From: an uncultured delta proteobacterium
GTDB taxonomy: Bacteria; Desulfobacterota; Binatia; Binatales; Binataceae
Reading direction: 5' to 3'
DNA length: 64,000 bases
Assembly (NCBI GenBank): GCA_963711565.1
Contig: CAVQEQ010000002.1
Location: forward strand, 1-64,000
Shown in pieces: positions 1 to 10,031 of the stretch (position 1 is its first letter; each line of letters begins with the position of its first letter). The notes under the pieces were generated by a model, which had not been told where the DNA came from, did no database searches, and saw nothing but the letters and a program-made list of their open reading frames with translations. The position numbers were made by a program, and so were the translations under genes.

Positions 1-611
1 ACTATCTAGCCCACGGCATCATCGACTCCAACCAGGCCGAAGAGTTTCGAGGAGCGGTCGCCAGACGCGAAAACATCGTGCTCGCCGGCGGAACCGGCTC
101 CGGCAAGACGACGCTGGCGAACGCGCTGCTTCACGAGATAGTCCGCCTCGGAAATCCCAGCGAGCGCTTCATCATCATCGAGGATACTCTCGAACTACAT
201 TGCGACGCGCCTAACGTGATGCAGCTCCACACGACCGTGGCTGCGGATCTCACGTTCCTTACACGCACTACAATGCGAGCGCGTCCCGACAGAATAATTA
301 TCGGCGAAGTTCGCGGCGCAGAAGCACTGGCGCTGCTCAAGGCCTGGAATACCGGCCATCCCGGCGGGGTGACCACAGTGCACGCCAATAGTGCAGCCGC
401 AGCGCTCACCCGACTTGGCAGTCTCGTTCAAGAGGCGGGAGTAGCGCCCCAGCCAGATCTGATCTCACAGACCGTCAATGTTTTGGCTTTTATTGCCCGC
501 ACGCCCAAGGGGCGGCGCGTGACAGAGATGGTTCGCGTTGAGGGCTACGATCCCGCGTTCGGGTTCAAAATCAGTTCGATAGGAGGCCGTCATGAAGTCG
601 ATCATCAGTAG
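1..611 (+). CDS. trbB: P-type conjugative transfer ATPase TrbB (VirB11 family), 5'-truncated by window
   Basis: Frame open from base 3; GGTGSGKT Walker A, IEDTLEL, RARPDRIIIGEVRG, WNTGHPGG. Confidence 0.93.
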   Translation, partial: YLAHGIIDSNQAEEFRGAVARRENIVLAGGTGSGKTTLANALLHEIVRLGNPSERFIIIEDTLELHCDAPNVMQLHTTVAADLTFLTRTTMRARPDRIIIGEVRGAEALALLKAWNTGHPGGVTTVHANSAAAALTRLGSLVQEAGVAPQPDLISQTVNVLAFIARTPKGRRVTEMVRVEGYDPAFGFKISSIGGRHEVDHQ

Positions 612-942
612 GATTCATTCCCGCACAGACCAATGGTTCAGCAAGCTGAGCTACGCAATCGCCGTGGTAACGATTTTGTGGCCTGCGCAAGCCCTCGCGA
701 CCACGGGAGTCGGTACTCTGCCGTGGGACGCGCCGTTAGCGACGATTCAGGGAGACCTGCAGGGCACTGTCGCCCACGCTGCGACAACAATAGCCGTCAT
801 CGGCTGCGGGCTTACCTGGACCTTTAGCGAGCACGGCACTGGCGCGCGGAAAATGTCCGCAGTCGCCCTTGGGGGAGCGGCGGCGCTCGGAGCAACTCAG
901 TTGATGACGGCGCTGTTTCCATTCGCGCCCGCGCTCTTTTAG
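592..942 (+). CDS. trbC: TrbC/VirB2 pilin
   Basis: Signal peptide ending AQALA, LPWDAPL motif, two hydrophobic helices, position after trbB. Confidence 0.88.
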   Translation: MKSIISRIHSRTDQWFSKLSYAIAVVTILWPAQALATTGVGTLPWDAPLATIQGDLQGTVAHAATTIAVIGCGLTWTFSEHGTGARKMSAVALGGAAALGATQLMTALFPFAPALF

Positions 943-967
943 TCAGGCGGCTCGATCAAGTGCAGCG

Positions 968-1300
968 ATGGACACCGAGGTTCAACGAACGCTGATCCAT
1001 CAAGCGCTCACGCGGCCGGTACTACTTGGAGGCGCCGAACGGCGACTCGCGATCCTGAACTGGCTGATAGTCGCAGCGCTGATTTTCGGCGTTGGCCTGC
1101 ATCTATACACGGTCGCGATCGCGACGATCCTAGGCACTGCGGGTCACTGGGCGCTCCGGCAGGCAGCCAAGTTCGATGCCCAACTGAGCGAGGTTTACAT
1201 CCGGCACCTCCATTACCAACGGTACTATCCGCCGCGTGCCGCCATCACCGCCTCACCAGCGCCTGTTCATCCGGCAGTGCCGAGGCTTCGGAAGTACTAG
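968..1300 (+). CDS. trbD: TrbD/VirB3
   Basis: IHQALTRPVLLGGAER, two TM segments, position before the VirB4 gene. Confidence 0.88.
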   Translation: MDTEVQRTLIHQALTRPVLLGGAERRLAILNWLIVAALIFGVGLHLYTVAIATILGTAGHWALRQAAKFDAQLSEVYIRHLHYQRYYPPRAAITASPAPVHPAVPRLRKY

Positions 1301-1309
1301 AGGACAGCA

Positions 1310-3823
1310 GTGATGTTCAAAGAGTTTAGAAACCTTCAGCACAAGTCAGATCGACTCGGAGGTTTTGCAGACCTCCTGAACTACGCGGCGCTCATCGACC
1401 CCGGCATAGCTCTATTGAAGGACGGCTCGCTCCTGGCCGGCTGGCGCTACGGCGGTCCTGACTTGAACTCCGCAAGTCCCGAGGAAATGACGGCTCTCGT
1501 TCATCAGGTAAATGCCGGGCTGGCGCGGTCGGGCGACGGGTGGATGATGAACGTCGATCTCATCCGCAAACCGAGCATCGGCTATCCCGAGGCCGGAGCT
1601 TTTCCGGACCCCATTACGGCGCTGATCGATCACGAGCGGCGCCTTCACTATACGGAGGAAGGCCAGCACTTCGAGAGTCGCTTCGCGTTAACTCTCACCT
1701 GGACACCACCCACCGAGATGCAGTCGCGAGCCGCGGGCTTGCTGTTCCATGGCCGCAGAGCGACCGATTGGGAGGAGACGCTCGACTTCTTCAGGCGGAG
1801 TCTCACCGAAAATGAAGACGCCCTGAGCGCCAGACTTCTCATGCAACGCATGGACGACGTTGCGCTCCTGTCGCACCTGAACTCCTGCATCACCGCACGC
1901 TACGATCCCATCAGGCCGCCTGGTGAGGGTAACTTTCTCGACGTTCTGCTCGGCAATCACGAATTCCATGCGGGCTTCCAGCCCATGCTGGATGATCTTC
2001 ACATTCGCTTGATTGGCTTGACCGGTCTTCCGCTTCACTCCTGGCCTGAAGTCACCGCATTTCTGGATGAGCTTGCGATTGCGTACCGATGGTCAACACG
2101 CTTCATCTTCCTTGATCCGGCCGAGGCTGAACGGGCTCTCCGCATCCAGCGGCGCAACTGGTTCCAGAAGCGCCATGGGCTGTCCGGCATGATCAAACAA
2201 GTGTTCAGCAACGGCGCGTCGCAGAGCTTTGAGAACAAAGATGCGCTGGCTATGGCTGAAGACGCGGACGATGCCCTTGCCGAGGCGAGCTCGAATCGCG
2301 TCCGCTTTGGTTACTACACGAGCAGCATCATCTTGATGGACGAGAATCGTTTGGCAGCCGAGTCCAACGCGAGAGAGATCGCAAAGCAACTCCAGCATCA
2401 TGGCTTCCCTGCTGTCATCGAGCACGTCAACGCGAACGAGGCGTATCTGGGCTCGCTTCCAGGCCACGGCTATCGGAATGTCCGGCGCCCGCTCATCCAC
2501 ACGCGAAACCTCGCCGACCTCATGCCGACTACCAACGTCTGGCCAGGGGAGGAGGTCAACCCCTGTCCGTTCTATGAAGAAAACAGTCCGCCGCTTTCCT
2601 ACGCTGCGACGACTGGCGGAACGCCTTTTCGACTGAACCTGCATGTAGGCGATGTCGGCCATACCCTGATCTTTGGTCCGACTGGTTCCGGCAAATCGAC
2701 GCTACTCGGCCTGTTAACCGCACAGTTCTTCCGCTATCCGAACGCCCAAGTTTTCTGCTTCGACAAGGGCCTATCAGCATTCGTGCTGACCAGAGCCGCC
2801 GGCGGCGATCATTACGATCTTGGAGAAAGTGAAATCTCTTTCTGTCCACTTGCGAATGTAAACGACGATAACGAGCGGATGTGGGCGCAGGACTGGCTGG
2901 AAACTCTGCTCAACTTGCAAGGTGTGACCCTCCTTCCGCAACATCGGAAAGCGATCTGGCGTGCCCTCCAGCTTCTGAGCGATAGCGGATCTGATGCCCG
3001 GACCATAACGGACCTGGTTCGACTGCTGCAGGATCAGACGCTACGCGACGGACTCGACTTCTATTCTCTTCACGGCCCGATGGGCCGTTTTCTGGACGCT
3101 GACCAAGACGTACTCGGCAGCAGCCGCTTCCAGACTTTCGAGATCGAAGCTCTGATGGCGATGGGCGAGAAGGTCCTCCTGCCCGTACTCACATATCTCT
3201 TTCACCGGATCGACCAGCGCCTGGACGGGAGACCAACCCTCATCGTACTAGACGAAGCATGGGTGATGCTCGCCAACGGTGCGTTCGGTGCGAAGATCGA
3301 AGATTGGTTGCGGACGCTGCGCAAGAAGAACGCCGCCGTCGTGCTTTCCACCCAAAGTCTGGTTGAAGTCGCCAATTCCCCGCAGCGCGACGTGATTCTC
3401 GAGTCGTGTCCGACGAAGATTCTGCTCCCCAATCCCGAGGCGCAGAATCCCGTCACCGCAGATCTCTATCGCAAGTTCGGTCTGACCAGCAGGCAGATCG
3501 AAATGCTGTCGCTCGCCGTACCGAAGCGCCAGTACTACTACCTTTCGTCCACTGGGCGGCGCCTCTTCGATCTGGCGCTCGGAGAGGCCACTTTGGCTTT
3601 CATCGGTTCGGGATCGAAGGCGGACATTCTGAAGGCACATCAACTGATCGCCAAACATGGAGATCGATGGGCGAGCGAGTGGCTTCGCACCCGAGGATTA
3701 GGCAATTGGGCAGAATACTGGGAAAGCCGCGATACCAACCGCCGCGCGCCATTCACCAAAATTCTCTCTGTGAACGGAAATGGAAAGCTCCCCAAGGAGG
3801 AACTGCGATGGCACGATGCATAG
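1310..3823 (+). CDS. trbE: TrbE/VirB4 ATPase
   Basis: GHTLIFGPTGSGKS, FDKG, LDEAW, ESCPTKILLPN. Confidence 0.95.
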   Translation: MMFKEFRNLQHKSDRLGGFADLLNYAALIDPGIALLKDGSLLAGWRYGGPDLNSASPEEMTALVHQVNAGLARSGDGWMMNVDLIRKPSIGYPEAGAFPDPITALIDHERRLHYTEEGQHFESRFALTLTWTPPTEMQSRAAGLLFHGRRATDWEETLDFFRRSLTENEDALSARLLMQRMDDVALLSHLNSCITARYDPIRPPGEGNFLDVLLGNHEFHAGFQPMLDDLHIRLIGLTGLPLHSWPEVTAFLDELAIAYRWSTRFIFLDPAEAERALRIQRRNWFQKRHGLSGMIKQVFSNGASQSFENKDALAMAEDADDALAEASSNRVRFGYYTSSIILMDENRLAAESNAREIAKQLQHHGFPAVIEHVNANEAYLGSLPGHGYRNVRRPLIHTRNLADLMPTTNVWPGEEVNPCPFYEENSPPLSYAATTGGTPFRLNLHVGDVGHTLIFGPTGSGKSTLLGLLTAQFFRYPNAQVFCFDKGLSAFVLTRAAGGDHYDLGESEISFCPLANVNDDNERMWAQDWLETLLNLQGVTLLPQHRKAIWRALQLLSDSGSDARTITDLVRLLQDQTLRDGLDFYSLHGPMGRFLDADQDVLGSSRFQTFEIEALMAMGEKVLLPVLTYLFHRIDQRLDGRPTLIVLDEAWVMLANGAFGAKIEDWLRTLRKKNAAVVLSTQSLVEVANSPQRDVILESCPTKILLPNPEAQNPVTADLYRKFGLTSRQIEMLSLAVPKRQYYYLSSTGRRLFDLALGEATLAFIGSGSKADILKAHQLIAKHGDRWASEWLRTRGLGNWAEYWESRDTNRRAPFTKILSVNGNGKLPKEELRWHDA

Positions 3824-4539
3824 CGGCGATGGCGTTAGTCGCTCTTCTTCTCGCGCCTCCGTCCCGGGCGCGCGCGCAATTCGGCGGAGGAACGCAGATC
3901 GTGTTCGACCCGAGCATGTTCGCTCGGCAGCTGCAGCAGCTTCAACAAGAGACCCAGACCGTGCTCACTGAAGCGCAGCAGCTTCAGTACATGATCAGGA
4001 ACACCACCGGCGGTTACGCCGGCGTGTGGCAATCGAGTCAGTCTATGCTCGACGAATTGGGCGGGATCATCCAACAGCAGGGCGGTCTTTCCTATTCGCT
4101 TAGCAACCTGCAGTCGCAATTCCAGCAACAGTTTCCCGGTTACACCGTGCCATCCGATCCGGACCAAGAGGAAGCCAAGAACATCGCCACCACCTTGAAC
4201 ACCCTCAACGGGACTCTGGCGGCAGCCCAAGCGCAAGCGCAAAATTTTGCCAACGAGCAGGCGCAATTTGGCGAGCTCGAAGGTATGAACAAGACCGCTG
4301 CTGGAAATTTGCAGGCAATCGAAGTGGGAAACGAAATCGCCTTGCAGCAGGCGCAGCAGATTCAGATGCTGAGGCAGTTGGTTGTCGCCATGATCAACGC
4401 GCAGAACGTCGTCGCCGCCAATGCAGTCAATCGCCAGGCGGCCGAGGATGCCAGCACCCAACAGTGGCTCAGCGCGGGACCGACTATACCGTTCTCATCA
4501 ACCATGCCGAACAACGGTCTTAACGCCCCTGCCCAATAG
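3808..4539 (+). CDS. trbJ: TrbJ/VirB5 family protein
   Basis: ATG 3808 with AAGGAGG RBS; signal peptide, IVFDP motif, Gln-rich helical body. Confidence 0.85.
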   Translation: MARCIAAMALVALLLAPPSRARAQFGGGTQIVFDPSMFARQLQQLQQETQTVLTEAQQLQYMIRNTTGGYAGVWQSSQSMLDELGGIIQQQGGLSYSLSNLQSQFQQQFPGYTVPSDPDQEEAKNIATTLNTLNGTLAAAQAQAQNFANEQAQFGELEGMNKTAAGNLQAIEVGNEIALQQAQQIQMLRQLVVAMINAQNVVAANAVNRQAAEDASTQQWLSAGPTIPFSSTMPNNGLNAPAQ

Positions 4540-4553
4540 ACGGAAGGCCTCCT

Positions 4554-4895
4554 ATGAAAGGACTCAAGTTTTGCGTACTGGCCGCTTTCCTCTTCCTCGG
4601 AGCCTGCAACGGCAAATCCGACGACACCAGTGCTCCGCTCGCCGCCCTCCAATCTCCAAACGCCGCAGAAAACTACGGAGATCAGTTCTGGAACGACCAA
4701 CTTCAGAGAAAAACGGAGCTTTGGGGAAAAGCGCTCGGATTTTGCCAGCAGGCCGATCACAAGTTCTTAATCAACTGTCAGCCGGTACTGGCAGCGGCTG
4801 CGCCTCGAGTTCCGTTCTCGACGACTATGCCCGCTAACGGCTTAGGCGGCGGACTCGTCCCTATCCCCTCTCCCAACGTGCAAGGGACTCATTGA
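4554..4895 (+). CDS. Lipoprotein, probable entry-exclusion protein (TrbK/EexN-like)
   Basis: Lipobox LGAC, two further Cys, located between trbJ and trbL, C-terminal motif shared with TrbJ. Confidence 0.7.
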   Translation: MKGLKFCVLAAFLFLGACNGKSDDTSAPLAALQSPNAAENYGDQFWNDQLQRKTELWGKALGFCQQADHKFLINCQPVLAAAAPRVPFSTTMPANGLGGGLVPIPSPNVQGTH

Positions 4896-4904
4896 GGATG
4901 TGCG

Positions 4905-5993
4905 ATGAACAACCTCGACAATATCGGTCAGACGTTCCAATGGGCAGGCCAGCGTTACATGGCGATCATGCAGCCCTTCGCTGAGAAGATCTTCTTCGGC
5001 CTGGTAGTCATTGAAATTGTCATAACGTGTGTTCACTTCCTCACGGATCAGGAAGAGCCAACGCGCCTGCTAGCAGAATTTGTAAAGAAATCTCTCGCGC
5101 TCGGCTTTCTATACGCAATGATCGTGAATGCGCCGATGTGGTTCAGCGCAATCATCCAGGGCTTTCAGGAGATCGGGGGGCAAGCCGCCGGGATTCCCGA
5201 CCTTAGCCCGAGCACAGTTTTCAACAATGGCCTTGCGATGTTTCAGACGATCTATCGCGGCTTCGGGAGTTTGGGATGGTTTCACCTCACGATCGCATCG
5301 CTGATTGCTCTCGTCGCGGGGTTGATCATGTTTCTCTCGTTTGCCCTCATCGCCGGGCAAATGCTGCTCGCACTTTCCGAGGCGTACATCGGCGTTGGCG
5401 GTGGCGTGCTGATATTGGGCTTCAGCGGTTCTCGATGGACGATCAAGTTTGCTGAGGGTTTCCTCGGATGGATCGTCGGCGTCGGCATCAAGCTTTTTTT
5501 CATATACCTGCTCGTCGGCGTGGGCATGACGATAATTGCCGGCTGGAACGCTGCCCTAACCGGATGGGCAGTCGCTGACCCTACGCTCCCCCTGACCATC
5601 GCGGGCGGCGCGTTGATCTTCATGCTCCTCGCATGGACGATTCCAAACACCGCCGCATCGATCGTCGGCGGTGCGGTTTCACTCAATCTGAGCCACGCGT
5701 TCGAGGCAGCAGTCGCCGGCTACGGGCTGGGCAGAATTCTGACGAGCCAGAACGCCGCAGGAGTTGGATCGGGCGCCGCATCGCAAGGTGGCCATTCCCT
5801 CGTTGCAAGCCTCGAAGCTGGCGACAAAGCCGCAACTAACGGAGCTCGCTTGGCGTCAACCCATCCGACGGGCCAGATGCCCTTCAGCCGGATGTCCGCT
5901 TCGTCCAGTCCAGCAGGAAACCCAACGGCGACAGTAGGCCGAAATTCGGCCACTCAATTGTCAAAGCACAGCCCTCAGACCTCTCTATTGTGA
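4905..5993 (+). CDS. trbL: TrbL/VirB6
   Basis: Multi-TM protein, LSPS motif, Ala/Gly/Ser-rich tail. Confidence 0.88.
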   Translation: MNNLDNIGQTFQWAGQRYMAIMQPFAEKIFFGLVVIEIVITCVHFLTDQEEPTRLLAEFVKKSLALGFLYAMIVNAPMWFSAIIQGFQEIGGQAAGIPDLSPSTVFNNGLAMFQTIYRGFGSLGWFHLTIASLIALVAGLIMFLSFALIAGQMLLALSEAYIGVGGGVLILGFSGSRWTIKFAEGFLGWIVGVGIKLFFIYLLVGVGMTIIAGWNAALTGWAVADPTLPLTIAGGALIFMLLAWTIPNTAASIVGGAVSLNLSHAFEAAVAGYGLGRILTSQNAAGVGSGAASQGGHSLVASLEAGDKAATNGARLASTHPTGQMPFSRMSASSSPAGNPTATVGRNSATQLSKHSPQTSLL

Positions 5994-6111
5994 GAATCGA
6001 GCGAGTAAAGGACGCTGCGATGTCTCGCGGACCAATCGCCAAAGGCGCTTGAGCCGGCAGACCAAATACGCTAATTGACGTATCAGATAGCGACCAGAAC
6101 CTGGAGTGATA

Positions 6112-6432
6112 ATGAAAGAGGAGCCTACGTTCGGGCGGGCAATCGGCGCCGGGAGAAAGAAGCTCAATCTTAGTCAGAAAGAGTTGGCCGCGCGCATCAA
6201 GAAGGAAGAAGGTGGCGCGATCACGCCGCAGTACCTCAACGATATCGAACATGACCGTCGGAGTCCGTCCTCGGATCAAATGGTTCGTCAGTTCGCCGTT
6301 GTCCTTCAAATAAATCCTGACTACCTGTACTACTTGGCCGGTCGAATTCCGGACGACATCCGTAGGAAGCGGCTGTCGGAACAAGCCGTCGCAACCGGGA
6401 TGATGGCTTTTCGCAAATCTCCGAAATCATAA
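6112..6432 (+). CDS. XRE-family HTH regulator, CapH-like
   Basis: LSQKELA...PQYLNDIEHDRRSP HTH; adjacent to a metallopeptidase and CBASS. Confidence 0.8.
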   Translation: MKEEPTFGRAIGAGRKKLNLSQKELAARIKKEEGGAITPQYLNDIEHDRRSPSSDQMVRQFAVVLQINPDYLYYLAGRIPDDIRRKRLSEQAVATGMMAFRKSPKS

Positions 6433-6447
6433 GAATCGAGGCAGGCA

Positions 6448-7167
6448 ATGGTTCTTCAAGTTCGCGACAGGACAGGTCGCTTCCCGGAGCGTCCCCATTA
6501 CAAACCCGAGGAATTGGATAGCGAATGCGAATCAATAATTGTCGGATACTTGAAAAATCTGCACGGCGAAGCGCGTTTTCCGATCACAACAGATGATCTG
6601 ACAAAACTCATCGAACGAGACGCAGATTCTCTTGATCTTTATGCGGATCTGACGCGGCTGGGGACCGACGTGGAAGGCGTGACTGAATTCCGCCCCGGCC
6701 AAAAACCAGTTGTGAAGATCGCGGCCCCACTTGCAGAAGCAACCAACCGAGAGAATCGACTGCGGACGACGCTGACGCACGAGTATGGACATGTACGGTT
6801 TCATGCCTACCTCTGGGAGATCTATTCTCAGAGCGCCGATCTTCTGAGCAGCAAACCACGCTCTGACGTAGAAATCTGCAAGCGTGATAATCTTTTGTCG
6901 GCGCCAATGTCTGATTGGATGGAATGGCAGGCGGGGTACGCATGCGGCGCCCTATTGATGCCCGTCAGTTTTGTGCGCCGAATCGCGAGTCCGGTTCGGC
7001 ACGCGCATAATCTCTTTGGACCGGTCCCGGCAGAACATGCAGGTGGACGGGCCCTCGTCCAGGCGACGATGGAATCGTTTCAAGTCTCGCGCGAGGCAGC
7101 AGAAGTACGACTCGGTCAACTCGGATTCATTGGTGCAGCAAGGGCCGACCGTTCTCTATTTGATTGA
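6448..7167 (+). CDS. ImmA/IrrE-family metallopeptidase, CapP-like
   Basis: RTTLTHEYGH (HExxH), EWQA...ALLMP, FQVS; directly upstream of CBASS. Confidence 0.82.
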   Translation: MVLQVRDRTGRFPERPHYKPEELDSECESIIVGYLKNLHGEARFPITTDDLTKLIERDADSLDLYADLTRLGTDVEGVTEFRPGQKPVVKIAAPLAEATNRENRLRTTLTHEYGHVRFHAYLWEIYSQSADLLSSKPRSDVEICKRDNLLSAPMSDWMEWQAGYACGALLMPVSFVRRIASPVRHAHNLFGPVPAEHAGGRALVQATMESFQVSREAAEVRLGQLGFIGAARADRSLFD

Positions 7168-7306
7168 TCCAACGTCACCCATCCAATTTAACTTGAAGGA
7201 ACGCGATGTGTGGGCCTGCGATGGTCGTCTTCACAGAGCGGAGACTACGCTAATCCGCTGTTGTGCTTGCGCAGCGCATCTAATTCCTGTAATTTATATT
7301 GGAGTC

Positions 7307-8182
7307 ATGACGACCAATGTGATCGCCGATGAAGCGAAGCTTCCCGACGCAGAATTTGCTGCCGCCTGGGCGTCCATTAAAATCGAGGAAGCCGTCCGGG
7401 AACGGCTGACCGCGCAAGCCCTCTTGGCGCTTACTATTCGAAATAAACTTCCCTTCGAAATCGCTCCTCTTCATGGTCTGATCGTCCTTTCCGGGCAGGC
7501 TGGGACTGGCAAGACCACTTTGGCGCGCGGACTCGCAAATCAGGTGGCGATAGCGCTGGTTCCCAAGAAAACAAGCTTCGTGCAAATCGACCCCCACGCG
7601 CTCATGAGCGCGGCGCATGGTCGCAGCCAGAAGGAAGTTACGAAACTTTTCCAACAAACGATTCCTGAGATCGCTGCGAACGGTCCTATGGTGGTGCTTC
7701 TCGATGAGATCGAAACACTGATCGCTGATCGCCACCAGCTTAGCCTTGAGACGAATCCCGTGGATGTGCACAGGGCGACTGATGCCGCACTGGCGGGTCT
7801 TGACCTACTAACGCGTAAGCACCGAAACGTGATCATCATCGCCACAACAAACTTTCCTAAGGCGTTAGATAGCGCGTTGCTTTCGCGCGCAGATCTGATT
7901 GAACACATCGGCCCGCCGGACAAGGATGCGAGGCAAGCCATAATTCGCGAGGTACTTGAGCATCTAGCCAAGCACTGGCCGGCCATCTCAAACCTCGAGA
8001 AGGACGTGAAGCAATTCGTGCACGAATCGGAAGGACTTGATGGACGGCGGCTTCGCAAAGCGCTGATCGCGGCGGCGGCAACGTCGATCGACACCGCCCG
8101 AGACCCCAACAAGCTAACCAGAGCGCAAATCGTCGCCGCGTTGCGGAGAAGCCGCGCTGGTTATGAGGAGGTATCCGAATGA
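7307..8182 (+). CDS. cap6: CBASS AAA+ ATPase (TRIP13/Pch2-like)
   Basis: PLHGLIVLSGQAGTGKT, LLDEIETL, ETNPVDVHRATDA, SRAD; ATG 7307 with GGAG RBS. Confidence 0.92.
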   Translation: MTTNVIADEAKLPDAEFAAAWASIKIEEAVRERLTAQALLALTIRNKLPFEIAPLHGLIVLSGQAGTGKTTLARGLANQVAIALVPKKTSFVQIDPHALMSAAHGRSQKEVTKLFQQTIPEIAANGPMVVLLDEIETLIADRHQLSLETNPVDVHRATDAALAGLDLLTRKHRNVIIIATTNFPKALDSALLSRADLIEHIGPPDKDARQAIIREVLEHLAKHWPAISNLEKDVKQFVHESEGLDGRRLRKALIAAAATSIDTARDPNKLTRAQIVAALRRSRAGYEEVSE

Positions 8183-8637
8183 AGATTCGGCGGGATATTA
8201 GTTCCATTCCGCTCCGCACGGCGGAAGAGACTTGGTGGACCATCAGGCAGTTGGTGACTGGGCCTGGATCAATCGAAGCCGAACAATTCGACGCGGCAGC
8301 GAGTATCATGGCGTCGCTAACTACGGACGAATCATTTCGGGACGAGCCTCTGATCCTGCTGGGGGTGAGCCATCGACTCGTGATCTACCTGCAGTACGGG
8401 GCAGATGCGCTCGAAGCGGGCGAGGCGGTTGACTCACTGAATTGGAACCCGACGGCAGGAGATTGGACGCTGTACGTACCATGCGCCGCAGAGCAATTCG
8501 CTTGGGTTAAAAAAGCCCTTATGTCCCGCGCACCACGGTTCGTTCTGTTGAAACCTGGCGTCACCGTACCGGAGGGAGACGAGGAAACGGCCAAGTCAGA
8601 AAACGTAGAAATCAATTGGACGGCGTTCGAAAAATGA
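8179..8637 (+). CDS. cap8: CBASS HORMA protein (HORMA3-type)
   Basis: SIPLRTAEETW, GDWTLYVPC...WVKKAL resemble P. aeruginosa HORMA3; ATGA overlap. Confidence 0.85.
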   Translation: MKIRRDISSIPLRTAEETWWTIRQLVTGPGSIEAEQFDAAASIMASLTTDESFRDEPLILLGVSHRLVIYLQYGADALEAGEAVDSLNWNPTAGDWTLYVPCAAEQFAWVKKALMSRAPRFVLLKPGVTVPEGDEETAKSENVEINWTAFEK

Positions 8638-9140
8638 GCACGTTCACTTTCACATACACCCGGACTCACACCTCCGTTTTCGTCGCAGATAACATGCGAA
8701 ACGTCCTCCGCGACGTTGTCATGTGGAGCGGGCTTGATCCGACGAAGCTCATCGATGATTGGAGTGTAATTGGCCAAGCTATCCAGACGTGGCTGCGCTC
8801 GGAAGATCTACTGGAGATCATCATCGAATTTTTCGTGCCGGGGTCGACTAACCTGCGTGGTAGATGGGACTTCCCAATACAGTACGACGGTAGCGGCGGT
8901 GATGACGACATGTGGGTAGCACGCGATCACCTCCGGCGGACTATCGAAAAGGCGGGGCGGCCGCCCGCGAATGCTACTTATCGTATCATCCTCGTGACGC
9001 GGCTTGGGCGGCCCGACGTTTTGGGGATGGTCCCGACCACGCTGCGTTCGACCGAGGGATTTATCAGCCGTACTTCGGGCACCGCCATCGCCACGCCAGA
9101 CATTATGGCGTCGATCAAGTATTGGAGGGCTGCATCATGA
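8634..9140 (+). CDS. cap7: CBASS HORMA protein (HORMA2-type)
   Basis: THTSVFVADN, SGLDP, RWDFPIQY, GRPDV...RSTEG...YWR. Confidence 0.88.
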   Translation: MSTFTFTYTRTHTSVFVADNMRNVLRDVVMWSGLDPTKLIDDWSVIGQAIQTWLRSEDLLEIIIEFFVPGSTNLRGRWDFPIQYDGSGGDDDMWVARDHLRRTIEKAGRPPANATYRIILVTRLGRPDVLGMVPTTLRSTEGFISRTSGTAIATPDIMASIKYWRAAS

Positions 9141-10024
9141 TAAGCGTGGCGGATGCGTTTGAGACATTCAGGCAGCGGCTAGAACTGACCGAGACAGAGA
9201 GTGAGGATGCGCAACGCCGGCACAGCAGCGTTCGCGAATGTATTCGTGCACGGTTTCAAATCGACCGCGACTTTCTCACCGGCTCATACGCTCGGCATAC
9301 GAAAACGAAGCCGCTAAAAGATGTAGATATATTCTTCATTCTAGGTGAAAAAGAGAAGCAGTGGCATAGCAAGAAGCCGAACGAAGTGCTGGCGGCATTC
9401 CAAGACTGTCTGGTGAAGAGCTACGGCCGCGACCAGGTTGAGCAAGGCCGTCGCTGCGTTACGGTTGAATTCCGAAAGAGCTACCAGACAGAAGATCCTG
9501 ACGGCAAAGTCCTGAGTATCGATGCTGTACCCGCGTTTGAAGTTGGGGGTCATTATGAGATTCCGGACCGCGCATTGGGGAAGTGGATACCTTCCGATCC
9601 GGAAATTCATAAAGAAGAGGCCACTGCAAAAAACAAGCAACTGGACGGCAAGTGGGTCCCGCTCGTCAAAATGATAAAGCGATGGAATCGGGAGGCAGGC
9701 AAGCTGATCAAGCCGATGTTCCTCCTTGAGGTGATGGCTCAGGAGCTATTGGATCCTCCGTTCAATAGCTATCCAGATGAGATTCAGAGATTTTTTTCCG
9801 CAGCGCAGTCAGAAATAGAACAAGACTGGCCAGATCCAGCAGGCCTCGGACCTTTGGTCTCCGACCAAATGGACGCGGCCAAGCGTGAAACCGCTAAAAA
9901 GGCGTTCCGTGATGCCGAACGTCTTGCTGTTCAAGCTATGCGCGCGGAGCAGCGGGGTCATGTCGGAGAGGCGCTTGAACTGTGGCGCCAGATATTCGGT
10001 GGCCGATACTTCCCGACGAGCTGA
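9137..10024 (+). CDS. cdnD: CD-NTase, CdnD clade (cyclic oligoadenylate synthase)
   Basis: FLTGSYARHTKTKPLKDVDIFF, DAVPAF, WPDPAGLGP. Confidence 0.93.
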   Translation: MISVADAFETFRQRLELTETESEDAQRRHSSVRECIRARFQIDRDFLTGSYARHTKTKPLKDVDIFFILGEKEKQWHSKKPNEVLAAFQDCLVKSYGRDQVEQGRRCVTVEFRKSYQTEDPDGKVLSIDAVPAFEVGGHYEIPDRALGKWIPSDPEIHKEEATAKNKQLDGKWVPLVKMIKRWNREAGKLIKPMFLLEVMAQELLDPPFNSYPDEIQRFFSAAQSEIEQDWPDPAGLGPLVSDQMDAAKRETAKKAFRDAERLAVQAMRAEQRGHVGEALELWRQIFGGRYFPTS

Positions 10025-10031
10025 GACTAGT

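Noticed and set aside
3406-9885. Long ORF-track N-terminal extensions (3406, 6971, 8912, 9885)
   Set aside because: They overlap upstream genes; internal ATGs with an RBS, a stop-start overlap or a family-typical N-terminus fit better.
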